DNA from: Octopus sinensis
Lineage: Eukaryota
Direction of reading: 5' to 3'
DNA: 64,000 bases
Assembly: GCF_006345805.1 (NCBI RefSeq)
Contig: NC_043003.1
Span: forward strand, 682,001-746,000
Part shown: positions 38,456-50,779 of the stretch, piece by piece
How the letters are laid out: the number at the start of each line of letters is the position of its first letter
Position numbering within the stretch: position 1 is the first letter of the stretch
Position numbers and translations under genes: made by a program
Notes under the pieces: model-generated
The model's database searches: none
What the model was told of the DNA's origin: nothing
The model's input: the letters and a program-made list of their open reading frames with translations, nothing else

Positions 38456-39735
38456 CAAAAGGATGTGCTATAACACTCTTCCACATCTACAAAAACAGCC
38501 ATACCAACAATCCAACAAACCTCCATCATCAGCTGCCCCACAGATATCCTTATGGTTTCGACACCCGGGCAGTAACCATTCAATCCGGTGGTGTCAACAG
38601 CACTAAAACAAGTGCTGCTTGGGAACAAACATACCAAAAAGCAAAACACACAACTTTCAAACACATTTACCCCGTGTACAACAATATTCAATCAAGTAGA
38701 GGCAGGGTTAAACACTAGCTTTAAAATTAAACTGCAACAAAGAAACACTTAATTCTATGGAGATCTGTATTGGTATTAATAGTAAACCTACAATGACTAA
38801 ATGTATACTAAATATACACATACACATGGATATGTGTGGAGAAGATAATGAAGTAATCGTCACAAATTAAGGAAGAATTTTGGTGTGAAAAGTTGTAAGG
38901 ATTAGGAAAAGAGTAAAATATTGCATACATTATATAGTTGTGTGTGTGTGAGTGTGTGTGTGTGCATGTGAATATGTGTAAGTATTTATATGTGTGTGTG
39001 TGTGTGTGTGTGGTGTATGCATGTGAAGGGGTGTTAGCATTTATACATGTGTGTGTGAGTGTGCGCATGTGAAAATGTGTAAGCATTTATATGTGTGTGG
39101 TGTATGCATGTGAATATGTGTAAGTATTTGTGTGTGTGTGTGTGTGTGTGTATACATGTGAACGGGTGTTAGCATTTATACATATGTGTGTGTGCGTGTG
39201 TGTGTTCATACACACACATACGGTAGCAAAAAAGATTGAAGAATGTTCAGATAATGTCAGGCAGAATCAATAGCAAAATGCAACATGCAGGAGAACCAGC
39301 ATCATCGATGGTTGCAGTTGCATCTCTGTTCAAGCAGAAATGCACCAACTGATGCATTTTATTGCAACAGTTTCATAAATAACAGTTGAGTGTTGCACCA
39401 TGCCTCACCCTCCCCACAACCTCCTTACTTCCATCTCTCATCATTTCTCTCTTCATTTCTCTTCACATTTACCTTTCTTTCTTTCTCTCTCTGTATATTC
39501 TATACATAAGTATACACACACACACACACACACGCATGCACGCACGGACACACACGTTAATGTGCGTGTGTTTCTCTATTTGTAATATTTTGTAAATGCT
39601 TATATAATTGTGTTTGTATTTTGTAATTGTGTGTGTATGTATACATATATGTATATACACAGACAGACAGACACACACACACACACATTAAAACACACAT
39701 ATATATACATACATATATAAACACACACATATATA

Positions 39736-39787
<52 letters not shown>

Positions 39788-41109
39788 TAAACACACACAT
39801 ATATATGTATATCTATATATATATAATATATCAAAAGGATGTGCTATAACACTCTTCCACATCTACAAAAACAGCCATACCAACAATCCAACAAACCTCC
39901 ATCATCAGCTGCCCCACAGATATCTTATGGTTTCGACACCGGGCAGTAACCATTCAATCCGGTGGTGTCAACAGCACTAAAACAAGTGCTGCTTGGGAAC
40001 AAACATACCAAAAAGCAAAACACACAACTTTCAAACACATTTACCCCGTGTACAACAATATTCAATCAAGTAGAGGCAGGGTTAAACACTAGCTTTAAAA
40101 TTAAACTGCAACAAAGAAACACTTAATTCTATGGAGATCTGTATTGGTATTAATAGTAAACCTACAATGACTAAATTGTATACTAAATATACACATACAC
40201 ATGGATATGTGTGGAGAAGATAATGAAGTAATCGTCACAAATTAAGGAAGAATTTTGGTGTGAAAAGTTGTAAGGATTAGGAAAAGAGTAAAATATTGCA
40301 TACATTTATATAGTTGTGTGTGTGTGAGTGTGTGTGTGTGCATGTGAATATGTGTAAGTATTTATATGTGTGTGTGTGTGTGTGTGGTGTATGCATGTGA
40401 AGGGGTGTTAGCATTTATACATGTGTGTGTGAGTGTGCGCATGTGAAAATGTGTAAGCATTTATATGTGTGTGTGTATGCATGTGAATATGTGTAAGTAT
40501 TTGTGTGTGTGTGTGTGTGTGTGTATACATGTGAACGGGTGTTAGCATTTATACATATGTGTGTGTGCGTGTGTGTGTTCATACACACACATACGGTAGC
40601 AAAAAAGATTGAAGAATGTTCAGATAATGTCAGGCAGAATCAATAGCAAAATGCAACATGCAGGAGAACCAGCATCATCGATGGTTGCAGTTGCATCTCT
40701 GTTCAAGCAGAAATGCACCAACTGATGCATTTTATTGCAACAGTTTCATAAATAACAGTTGAGTGTTGCACCATGCCTCACCCTCCCCACAACCTCCTTA
40801 CTTCCATCTCTCATCATTTCTCTCTTCATTTCTCTTCACATTTACCTTTCTTTCTTTCTCTCTCTGTATATCTATACATAAGTATACACACACACACACA
40901 CACACACGCATGCACGCACGGACACACACGTTAATGTGCGTGTGTTTCTCTATTTGTAATATTTTGTAAATGCTTATATAATTGTGTTTGTATTTTTGTA
41001 ATTGTGTGTGTATGTATACATTATGTATATACACAGACAGACGACACACACACACACACATTAAAACACACATATATATACATACATATATAACACACAC
41101 ATATAATAG

Positions 41110-41142
<33 letters not shown>

Positions 41143-41170
41143 ATATATACACATATATAAACACACACAT
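38455..41170. repeat. ~1.38-kb tandem duplication (copy 1 38455-39830, copy 2 39831-~41170)
   Basis: Both copies start TCAAAAGGATGTGCTATAACAC at an offset of 1376 bp. The differences I could see are almost all 1-bp indels in homopolymers or microsatellites. Confidence 0.9.
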
Positions 41171-41285
41171 ATATATTAATATTAATATACATATATATAT
41201 ATAATATATATATATTATATATATATATATATACCACCCATATAATATATATAATATATATATATACATCTATATATATATATAT

Positions 41286-41342
<57 letters not shown>

Positions 41343-41659
41343 TATATATATATATATATACACACACACATATATATAATATAATATATAAAAAAGCAAT
41401 AAAGATTCAAGTTAATTTAAATGAATTTACTGAATATGGTACCTAACTTAGATGCACCCAAAAAAAAACTATACTGTATTAACAATACAGTATGTGGGGT
41501 GATTATAAGCGAGAAAGAAGCAACAAGAATGGATAGGTTTTTAGTACAATCGTTCATACAAGGACAGGCTTTATTAAAAGTTGTAAAATTACAGCATATA
41601 AACGTGTCCCGTACTCATCAGCTAAAATACAACAGCCTCAACCACTAGGATGTCTAGAG

Positions 41660-42247
41660 AACTCACATGTAAGACTAGTCAGGCCATAACCCGGGGCCCC
41701 TACCTGGGACGTAGTCAGTCCACCTGTGCATACCTTCCTTCCTTCTTGTGACACTTGTGAAGACCTGTGAAGACCTGTTGAGGAAGTGAAATCAAATCAA
41801 TCAAATCAAAACAAAAAAAATCCAAATAGATGAACATCAATGGAATTTTGTATCTTTGTGGTACCAGTGCCAGTGGCACACAGAAAACCATCCGAACGTG
41901 GCCGTAGCCAGTAACCCCGCATCGACTGGCCTCCGTGCTGTGGGCACGTAACAAACACCATCCGAGCGTGCCGTCTGCCAGCCTCGTCTGGCACCTGTGT
42001 CGGTGGCACATAAAAACCCATCCGAGCGTGGCCGTTCGCCAGCCTCTCGTCTGACACCTGTGTGGTGGCACATAAATCACCCACTACACTCTCGGAGTGG
42101 TTGGCGTTAGGAAGGGCATCCAGCTGTAGAAACACTGCCAGATCTGACTGGGCTGGTGCAGCCTTCGGGCTCCCCAGACCCCAGTTGAACCGTCAACCCA
42201 TGCTAGCATGGAAAACGGACGCTAATGATGATGATGATGATGATGAT
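41660..42247 (+). mobile_element. Long family-C copy with 4 tandem subunits
   Basis: AAGACTAGTCAGGCC...GAAGACCTGTTGAGG.AGTGAAATC...CATCAATGGAATT, four GTGGCAC units, the C core and a (GAT)n tail. Confidence 0.85.
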
Positions 42248-42265
42248 ATATATATATATATTACA

Positions 42266-42299
<34 letters not shown>

Positions 42300-42475
42300 C
42301 TATACATATATATATACATATATATATATATATCATATATATATACATATATATATACATATATAATATAATATACATATATATATACACTACATATATA
42401 TATATACATATATATATATATATCATATTATATATATATACATATATACATATGTAATACATATATATAATATGT

Positions 42476-42506
<31 letters not shown>

Positions 42507-42539
42507 ATATATATATATCTATATATATATATATAAAAT

Positions 42540-43817
42540 GCATTTAGGGAGGATGTTGAAGAGCTGCAGTCCTCTGAAACCCAAGCTGTTGCAGTATCTG
42601 GTCCTGTATTTTGATGGTGATGTTGTTGGAATCTTTGGCATCATGCAATGGTGTCCCATTCTGCAGTTGGGGTAACTTTGAATGCCAAAGTTTAGGATTT
42701 TCCAGATGTATATCACTGCATATCTCTCCCACCTTCGCTCTAGGGAGAAGAGGTTTAATACCTTCAGTCTTTCCCAGTAGCTGATATGTTGCATTGAGAC
42801 GATCTTCTTTGTGTAGCTTCTTTGAATTGCTTCGAGTTCTGCTGTTAGTTTTATATTGTGTGGTGACCACAGTTGGGAGCAGTAGTCCAAGCGGCTGAGG
42901 ATGAATGTTTTCCATAGGACCATCAGTGTCTCCTCTCCTGTTCTGAAAGTTTGGAGAATCCATCCAGCTAGCCGTCTGCATTTTATCACCAGATTAGCAA
43001 TATGCACTTGGAAAGATGCATCATTGCTCAAGTCAATGCCCAGGTCACGCACTGATTTTGACTCAGGGATTGCAATTCTTCCCGGGCCAGTGTATCCAGT
43101 GTGTACGTCGTTTACCTTTGTGTGCCGGTAGCACAGATGTGCAATATTTGTTGCAGATGTGCAATATTTCCAGGGTTTTGTATTGTGTGGGAGACTTTTG
43201 TGTCATCTGCATAGCTAGCAAGGGTGGTCATCGTAGCAAGTGAAGGCATGTCTGAAAGGGCCACTATGAACATCAGTGGCCCCAAGACAGTGCCCTGTGG
43301 GACACCGCTTGTTATTTGCGTTTCCTTGGAGGTGGCTCCATTGCTCACAACTGCCTGTTTTCTGTCTTTTAGGAAGTTGTGCAGCCACTCTCCAAGTTTC
43401 CCGCCTATGCTGAGACCACGCAGTTTGTGACAGATCATACCATGGTCGACTTTATCAAAGGCTTTTGCAAAGTCAAGATATATTACATCCACATTTGAGC
43501 CATTTAGTAGCTGTTTCAACACCCAGTCATAGTGTTGCAGGAGCTGTGTTAGGCAGCCTCTACCTGGTCGAAATCCATGCTGGGTGTCAGACAGCAAGTC
43601 ATTTTCTTCAAGGAACATGATTAGTTTCTTGCGGACTATTCATTCCATGACTTTGCTGATGTGTGAGGTCAGAGAGATAGGCCTATAATTTTTAGCATCT
43701 GCTCTGCTTCCTCCCTTATGGATAGGGCATATTACCCCCTATTTCAATTTGACTGGGAGCTTACCACTTGCAAGAAAGCTCTGAAAAAGAAGCTGTAGCG
43801 GTTTTGCAAGGGCTCGT
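42540..43817 (-). mobile_element. Decayed CR1-type LINE reverse transcriptase fragment (stops and frameshifts)
   Basis: Motifs KNYRPISLTS, QHGFRPGRGCLTQL, YLDFAKAFDKVDH, SGVPQGTVLGP, YADDTK, SRLDYCSQLWSP and FSLERRWERY. Both ends are embedded in (TA)n. Confidence 0.92.
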
Positions 43818-43835
43818 TATACATATACATACATG

Positions 43836-43877
<42 letters not shown>

Positions 43878-44739
43878 CACACACACACACACACACATAT
43901 ATATAGGAATCAGTTAGAGGGATTTAATACCTCTAAGGGATAATTAAATCCCAAGTCGCTCCTGGTTATTACCTGGGTAGATAGAGTCTTTTGTAAGGTT
44001 GTACGGTAGCAGGTGGTCCAGTTGGTAAACTGTAGTTTAGGTTATATAGAAGAAGAAAACGGATTTAATAACAAGGGGAATCTCGTGGTTTTCTTTCGCT
44101 GTTATGTCTTTAATTAATTAGATAACAAAGAAGGAAGAAGCAAAGACGAAGGTAGCATTTACGATCGTTTCAATTTACTGGTTTAAGTAAATCTCTTCAG
44201 AAGGCATCGGTTAGGATGCGAAAATAATTGATACATATGTGATGGTAATGTAAACAATGGTAGTAAGTCTTACATTAAATTTTCTTCTTGCACAGGTAAA
44301 TTCGCTTGGTAGATGTTTGATTGTGGTAGACTGGTTAGTTTCGTTGGGTAATTAGGGTGGGGTGAGTATTATTTAGGTGCAGGGTTCCTAGTTTAATTAA
44401 TATAATTATAATTCCCATTATAATGACAATATTTTTGATCGTAAGGTGCATTAATTAACAAATTTTTAAACTGTCAGGCTTCATATATTTACATATATTT
44501 TTAACACAATACTATTTCAGACATATATATCTTTGTGAGGAATTTTTTTGATATCAAATTTCATGCTATTATTTCAAAAAACAGTTTATATAATCACTCG
44601 TATTAATGTCTAAATACTTTATAGTATTAATATTTTTGACATTTTATAAAAGAGCACTCATTATAAATGCAGGGTATAATATTCTAACAGAACATATTTA
44701 ATTAATGATACATACATACGTACATACGTATGTATGCAT

Positions 44740-45270
44740 AGCTGAAATTTACAGAAAAGCAAAAGATGAAAAAAGGTAGGTGTATAAACAACAAGCAAGT
44801 GTACTAGTTTGATGCTAGGGAAAGTGAGAAAGTGTTTTATGCTTCGAGCCTATGCTCTTCAACAGAAAGGAACTAGGAAAGAAACAGAGAAAGAATTTTA
44901 AAAATACTTGTGGATTTAGGGATTAATCATGGCGGCTGGTTGGGAAAAATTAGTTTGACAGGAGAGCTAGGAAATAGGGGAGATAATAAAGTACTGGTGA
45001 TACCATACACATACACACACACAGAGTACTTTAGTACCAAAGGTAGAGTAATATGCTTTTATTAAAAAGCTTCAAAATTATCGCAAAAACTGTTACTCAG
45101 AGTTTCATGTTCCGATTTCCTTTTTCTATGTTTCTGACAAAGAGCTCCACTCGAAACGTTAAATCCTCTTTCTTTCTTTCCTTTCCTGAGCGTCTAATAA
45201 CACTATACTTTTCCACGTCCTTGCGTTGTTATGTTTTCTCTTTGTGCTTTCATGTTTGGATTAACTATAT
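44740..45270. mobile_element. Cluster of Penelope-like terminal remnants in opposing orientations, with two hammerhead-like motifs
   Basis: 44834-44869 (minus) reads CTTT-CTGTTGA-A-GAGC-ATAG-GCTC-GAAGCAT; 45130-45164 (plus) reads GTTT-CTGACAA-A-GAG-CTCCA-CTC-GAAACGT-T-AAA. Confidence 0.5.
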
Positions 45271-45274
45271 ATAT

Positions 45275-45305
<31 letters not shown>

Positions 45306-45552
45306 TCATTTATTAATTTTTAGCAGAAGCAACAGAGTGACTCAAGGGCAAAGAGTTTTGTGCATTAGCGGACATCAAACTTTGATAAATGCCAACAGAA
45401 AAAATCTCTTTGCCCTTGAGTCACTATGCTGCTTCTGTTAAATATCAATTATATAGATACACACACACATATATATATATATATACATATATATACATAT
45501 ATATACACACATATATACATATGTATCTATATCTATACATACATATATATCT

Positions 45553-45595
<43 letters not shown>

Positions 45596-46264
45596 CATGC
45601 ATACTAATAAGCATGTACGTACACACACATACATATAAATCTATAGACCTATCTGGACAAACGCGTGTGTTTGTGTGTATTCAATTACACACACACACAC
45701 ACAGAGAAAGGCATGCATGCACGCATATATACACATATGTAAGCACCAAATTCAAGATTGAAAATAAATAGATGAGTGAACACAAAAGCAATACGTACAC
45801 ACACACATGCATCCATACACAAGTACATACACACACACATATACACAGAAGTATACGTAAACACAAACATACATATAAACGTACACACACACACACACAC
45901 AAACATACTTACAAACACACACATAAAAGTGAACACGCATACAGACAGACAGCCATTGACACACAAAGAAATTGATGGCCAAATTACATTTTAAAATATT
46001 GATATTTATAGAAAGAACAAATATTCTGAGAGAATCACGTTTTCGGTAAATTCATGTCAGCCGATGCTAGAATTGTCTTCAATATCAATATAGACTCCAA
46101 ATATTGCTAAAGGTAGCGTAAGAGAAGAACATATAAATAGCAGAGGGAGGGAAGAATGGAATAAACCTTTAATAGGCTGAAAGATATTTCAATAGGAATT
46201 TTATGTCAAGATGCAGGGTCGTCAAGAAGAACTGGGAAAGAACTGTAGGTAATGAAACCATCAC

Positions 46265-46310
<46 letters not shown>

Positions 46311-47137
46311 AGCAGCAGTGTCGAAATACCAGGTGGTGTTTATATGAAATCAACAAAAATTCATATGTGTGTGTGTGTGGATGTGTATTTACACACACAT
46401 ACACATATATATATCTTTGTACATATATATGTATATTTATATATCTACATATCTATGTGTGTGTGTTTATAGATATAATTACACGCATAAACATAAATCT
46501 ACATTTTATACTCTCAGTGTACATCCATACATATAAATTTTAACGTGGGCAATTCTTTCTCGTCTTGGGATTCATGGTCAAACGGCTGGGTGGAATTGCG
46601 CGTAAAATTACACAGATGTGTAGAATGACCTGGTGGTATTGCTGGGCTCTTTATTTTTTTCATAGCCCCCATGGCTACCGAGATAATCTACTATAATAAT
46701 AATCTTGTGTTTATGAATGAGAAAGGAAGGGGTGATAAATGAATAAAGAAGGAAGGGGTGATGTCAGATTTGGTAGTGGGATGATGAAAATTGTACGCTG
46801 AAAAAATAAATCAAACAGCGTTTCAACTCTGTGAATAAATGTGTGTATGTGAAAGGGGGGGTATGTGAATGTGTGTGTGTGTGTGTGCAATGGACATGGG
46901 GTGGTTCAGTTTTATTCGCTTAGTATTTGGGTTTATTCTTTGATTTGGTTGAATCTTGGTTGTTTTTTTTTGTTGGTCAGTTATTTTTTGCGTTTTGACA
47001 GAAAGAAGTCATTCTAAAGTTGGCTTTTTAGCGTAAGCATGCCCAAACAAATCGAATAATTACACAGAGCAGGTTTTACAGCCACATCATCCAAACTGAC
47101 CGGGTGAAACCGAGCTTTTCTGCTAGTATATATATGC

Positions 47138-47206
<69 letters not shown>

Positions 47207-48167
47207 ATTGAACATTAAAACAAATCTTAATATATGTATATAAGAAGTTTATTTCCTATCCACCTGGTTCCAGGTTAAGTCCCACTAGGTGGCACCTTAG
47301 GCATGTGTCTTCTACTATAGCTGAAGTTTGATGAAAGCCATTAGAGTGGCTTTAGAAGACAGAAACTGAAAGAAGCCGGTCGTATGTGTGTGTGTGTTTG
47401 TGCATGTGAGTCTGTGTTTGTCCTCGGCCACTGTTTGACAGCCAGTGTTGGTATGTTTACATTCCCATAAAGAAAAACCACCTCTTTTGTCCCTCATTAC
47501 GACTCAATCTGCCCCTAGTTGAGGGGGACTTGTCCTGCAAATTACCTGGTAACCTCACTGGTGCTGGCACTACATAAAAAGCACCCAGTACCCTCTGGAA
47601 AGTGGTACCAGCTGTAGAAACCATGGCAAAACAGAGAGCCGAGCATCGTGGAGTTTTCTGGTTTGCTTCTTCCTGTCAAACGGTCCTAACCATACCAGCA
47701 AGCAAAATGGACATTGAATGATGATGATGATGATGATGATGTAACTTAGCAGTTTAACAAAAGAGACTGATGGAATAAGTACCAAGCTTAAAACAAAATA
47801 AGTACTGGGGTTGATTCGTTTGAGTGAAATTCAACAGGGTGGTGCCCCAGCATGGCCACGGTCCAACGACTGAAACAAGTAAAAGACACACACCCACAGC
47901 CACACAAGAGGAAGTATAAACAACTGGTAAATTTATCTGCAAAATCTACAAACATAGCAAGTTCGTTGCCGTGTTTATAATTTTGGTGTTGAAATACCAT
48001 GGAAGTAATTCAGACGACAATTATCAACAACAACAACAACAACACCAGAAATAAATATATTGCTTTTATGCGGTTTCATGACCCCCACCATGATCGTATC
48101 AGCCTCCTTCTATTATTATTATTATTATCATTATTATTATCATTATTATTATTATTATTATCATTAA

Positions 48168-48385
48168 GGCAGTGAGCTGGCAGAATCATTAGCATACCGG
48201 GCAAAATGCTTAGCGGCATTTCATTTGTCTTTACATTCTGAGTTCAAATTCTGCCGAGGTCGACTTTGCCTTTCATCCCTTCCGGATCGATAAATTAAGT
48301 ACCAGTTGTGTACTGGGGTAGTCGATATAATCGACTGGCCCCCTCCCCCACATTTCAAACCTTGTTCCTATAGTAGAAAGGGTTA
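48168..48385 (+). mobile_element. SINE family B downstream of a (TTA)n array
   Basis: Matches the B consensus. Confidence 0.9.
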
Positions 48386-48427
48386 TTATTATTATTGTTG
48401 TTAATATACAACTCTGTCACTTTCCTT

Positions 48428-48460
<33 letters not shown>

Positions 48461-50233
48461 ACACACACATACACACACACACACACACATAAAAATGTGG
48501 GTCTATGATAACATATGAAGTTATAATGTCCTGTAAATATCCTGTCACTGTATTAATGATTTGTATATCTGAGAGGATATATATATATGCATTGATATAT
48601 ACAAATATGAATACACACACCACATAGATTGTATGTATGCACGTAAGGCTGTGTACGTGTGTGTTTGTGTAAATGTCATTGTTTGTGTACTGTGTGTGTG
48701 TGTGTGTGTCTGTGTGTGTGTGTGTATACACATGAAAGTATCATTTTACTTGGCTGATTATACAAATTTGCTGGCGGTATTTCTGTGAACACACACACAC
48801 ACACACACACACATTACAGTGTTCTGGTCGTGTGTGTGTTTTAACATTAACACGGTTGGGTCTCTGATAAGAGAGAGAGAGAGACCTGTCAACTAAATCC
48901 CTCCCCCTCCCCCCGTTATGTGACACTGGAATGAAGAAATAAATTAAAATGGGAAACCTCTATGTGGTTGTTTGACCTGCTAGAAATAGCAGCAAAACCT
49001 CATGAAAACCAAAACCTGGAATCTTGTGAAAGTAGTAGTAGTAGTAGTAGCATGGGGGTAATGCACTGTAACCGTGCATAGCTGCATCTACTGTTTGTTG
49101 GTGATTCCCTACCACTCCTTGCAGATGATGCTTTTGCCCCACTCAGGCAGCAATCGTCCAGGATGTGGATGCTGTTTGGCGAGGTATTGGCAGCGAGAGT
49201 TTAATGGGATTGGCCTACAAGTCCTACTTGATCCTCGTTTATGCAGAGGAAATGCTGGATCTATTCTTTGGCAATGTCAGTCCTCACACAGCAAAAGGAA
49301 GAGAACAGAAATCTCCTCTTAAAACAAGAGAGTCGCCCTACATATCTTGTAAGATAAAAAAAAAAAAAGAAGGATGGTCTTTCATCTGAGGAACTGGTGC
49401 CGAACAACAGCAACAAAATCAATAACAAATCCTCCCCCACTTCTAAGCAAAACAAATGTTAACAACCAATTATAGCAAAGGGGTTTACAGGAACTTTTTC
49501 AAAAGGGTCACCGATGTACCAAGAAAAACTTGATGTTATTGTGTTTGGTGATGTAGAATATGTCCTTTCTTTCCCCCAAATTGTCTCAAAACATCACCCT
49601 GTCCCCTATACGTGAAGTGGGTCTCCTATAAGCTTTAATGTACTAAAACCTTTTCGTGGTTTTAATTCCCAATTGTTGATATATTTCAGCAGTTGTTTAG
49701 CCCAAGGTCAGCCCTGGCTGAGCAGTCCAACGACCAAAGGCATTCCAGTCATGATTTTCTCATCTTATTTCATTTTATTAAAGCATCATCTATGTAGGAC
49801 AGCAGTTTTCTTTTCAAAGATAAGATGAGAAAAGTGGTTTCTTCAACCAGGAACTCAAAAAAAGGAAACCAAGGGCTTTCCAGCATTAGTCTAGTAATAT
49901 CATTGATGTCATCATCATCATCATCATCATCGTCTTAATCTCCTCTTTTCCATGCTGGCATGGGGCAGACAGAATTGGTTGAGGGAGATTGTCTCTATGG
50001 CTGGATGCTCTTCCTGTCACCAACCTTCACCTGAGTCCAAGTAAAATATTATTCCCCCATGACCAGACATGTTTTCATGGAAGATTAGAATCAAGAGACA
50101 CTGCTTGCATGTAGGTGACACTCGTTTACAGCTATCATGCAAGGTCAAAACTAAGGGGAGAGTAACACACACACACACACACACACTTATACATGCATAT
50201 ACGATAGGCTTCTTTCAGTTTCTGTTTACAAGA

Positions 50234-50358
50234 CAGGGGCAGACCTGGTGGGAGCATATGTGCCGTTCCAAATAATGCTATTATGCCCTTTTCTCCTGGA
50301 ATTGCATTCTCTTCTGACCTTGTGCCCTTCCTTTGAAAAATTCTTGGGACTGGCCCTG
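50234..50358. mobile_element. Short MITE inserted in a SINE A head
   Basis: Ends CAGGGGCAGACC / GGACTGGCCCTG are imperfect TIRs, and the element interrupts TTCAGTTTCTG...ACCAAATCCACTC. No clear TSD. Confidence 0.55.
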
Positions 50359-50465
50359 ACCAAATCCACTCACAAGGCTTTGGTCGGCCCAAGGCTATAG
50401 CAAAAGACACTTACCCAAGGTGCCATGCAGTGGGACTGAACCTTGAACCATGTAGTTGGAAAACA

Positions 50466-50719
50466 CAGGGCTGTGGAGTCGAAACAAAAAACTTGGACTC
50501 TGACTCCTGTACTATTGGCGACTCTGACTCAGAATCTTCTTTATGTAATTAAGTGACTGTGGTCTACATATCTCACAAAGCAAATGCATACACTTGTGCT
50601 TTGAGTAGGCCTCTATGTTATAACTGGTTTATATTAAAGAAAAAAGATATTGTGAGTTGGAATCAGAGTCAGTATAGCTTTACCAACTCTGACCTCACGA
50701 CCCCGACTTGACATCCTTG
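50466..50719. mobile_element. hAT-type MITE with an 8-bp target-site duplication
   Basis: TIRs CAGGGCTGTGGAGTCG / CGACTTGACATCCTTG; a perfect 8-bp direct repeat GGAAAACA at 50458-50465 and 50720-50727; subterminal GACTCTGACTC / GAGTCAG repeats. Confidence 0.85.
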
Positions 50720-50779
50720 GGAAAACATGTTTCTTACCACACAGCCATGCCTACACCTTCAATACATAAAATTAAATGT

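Noticed and set aside
49125-49390. Possible 59-nt exon (CAG|...GAG|GTATTG) or decayed LINE endonuclease piece
   Set aside because: No frame gives a recognisable protein, and the endonuclease resemblance is too weak to call.
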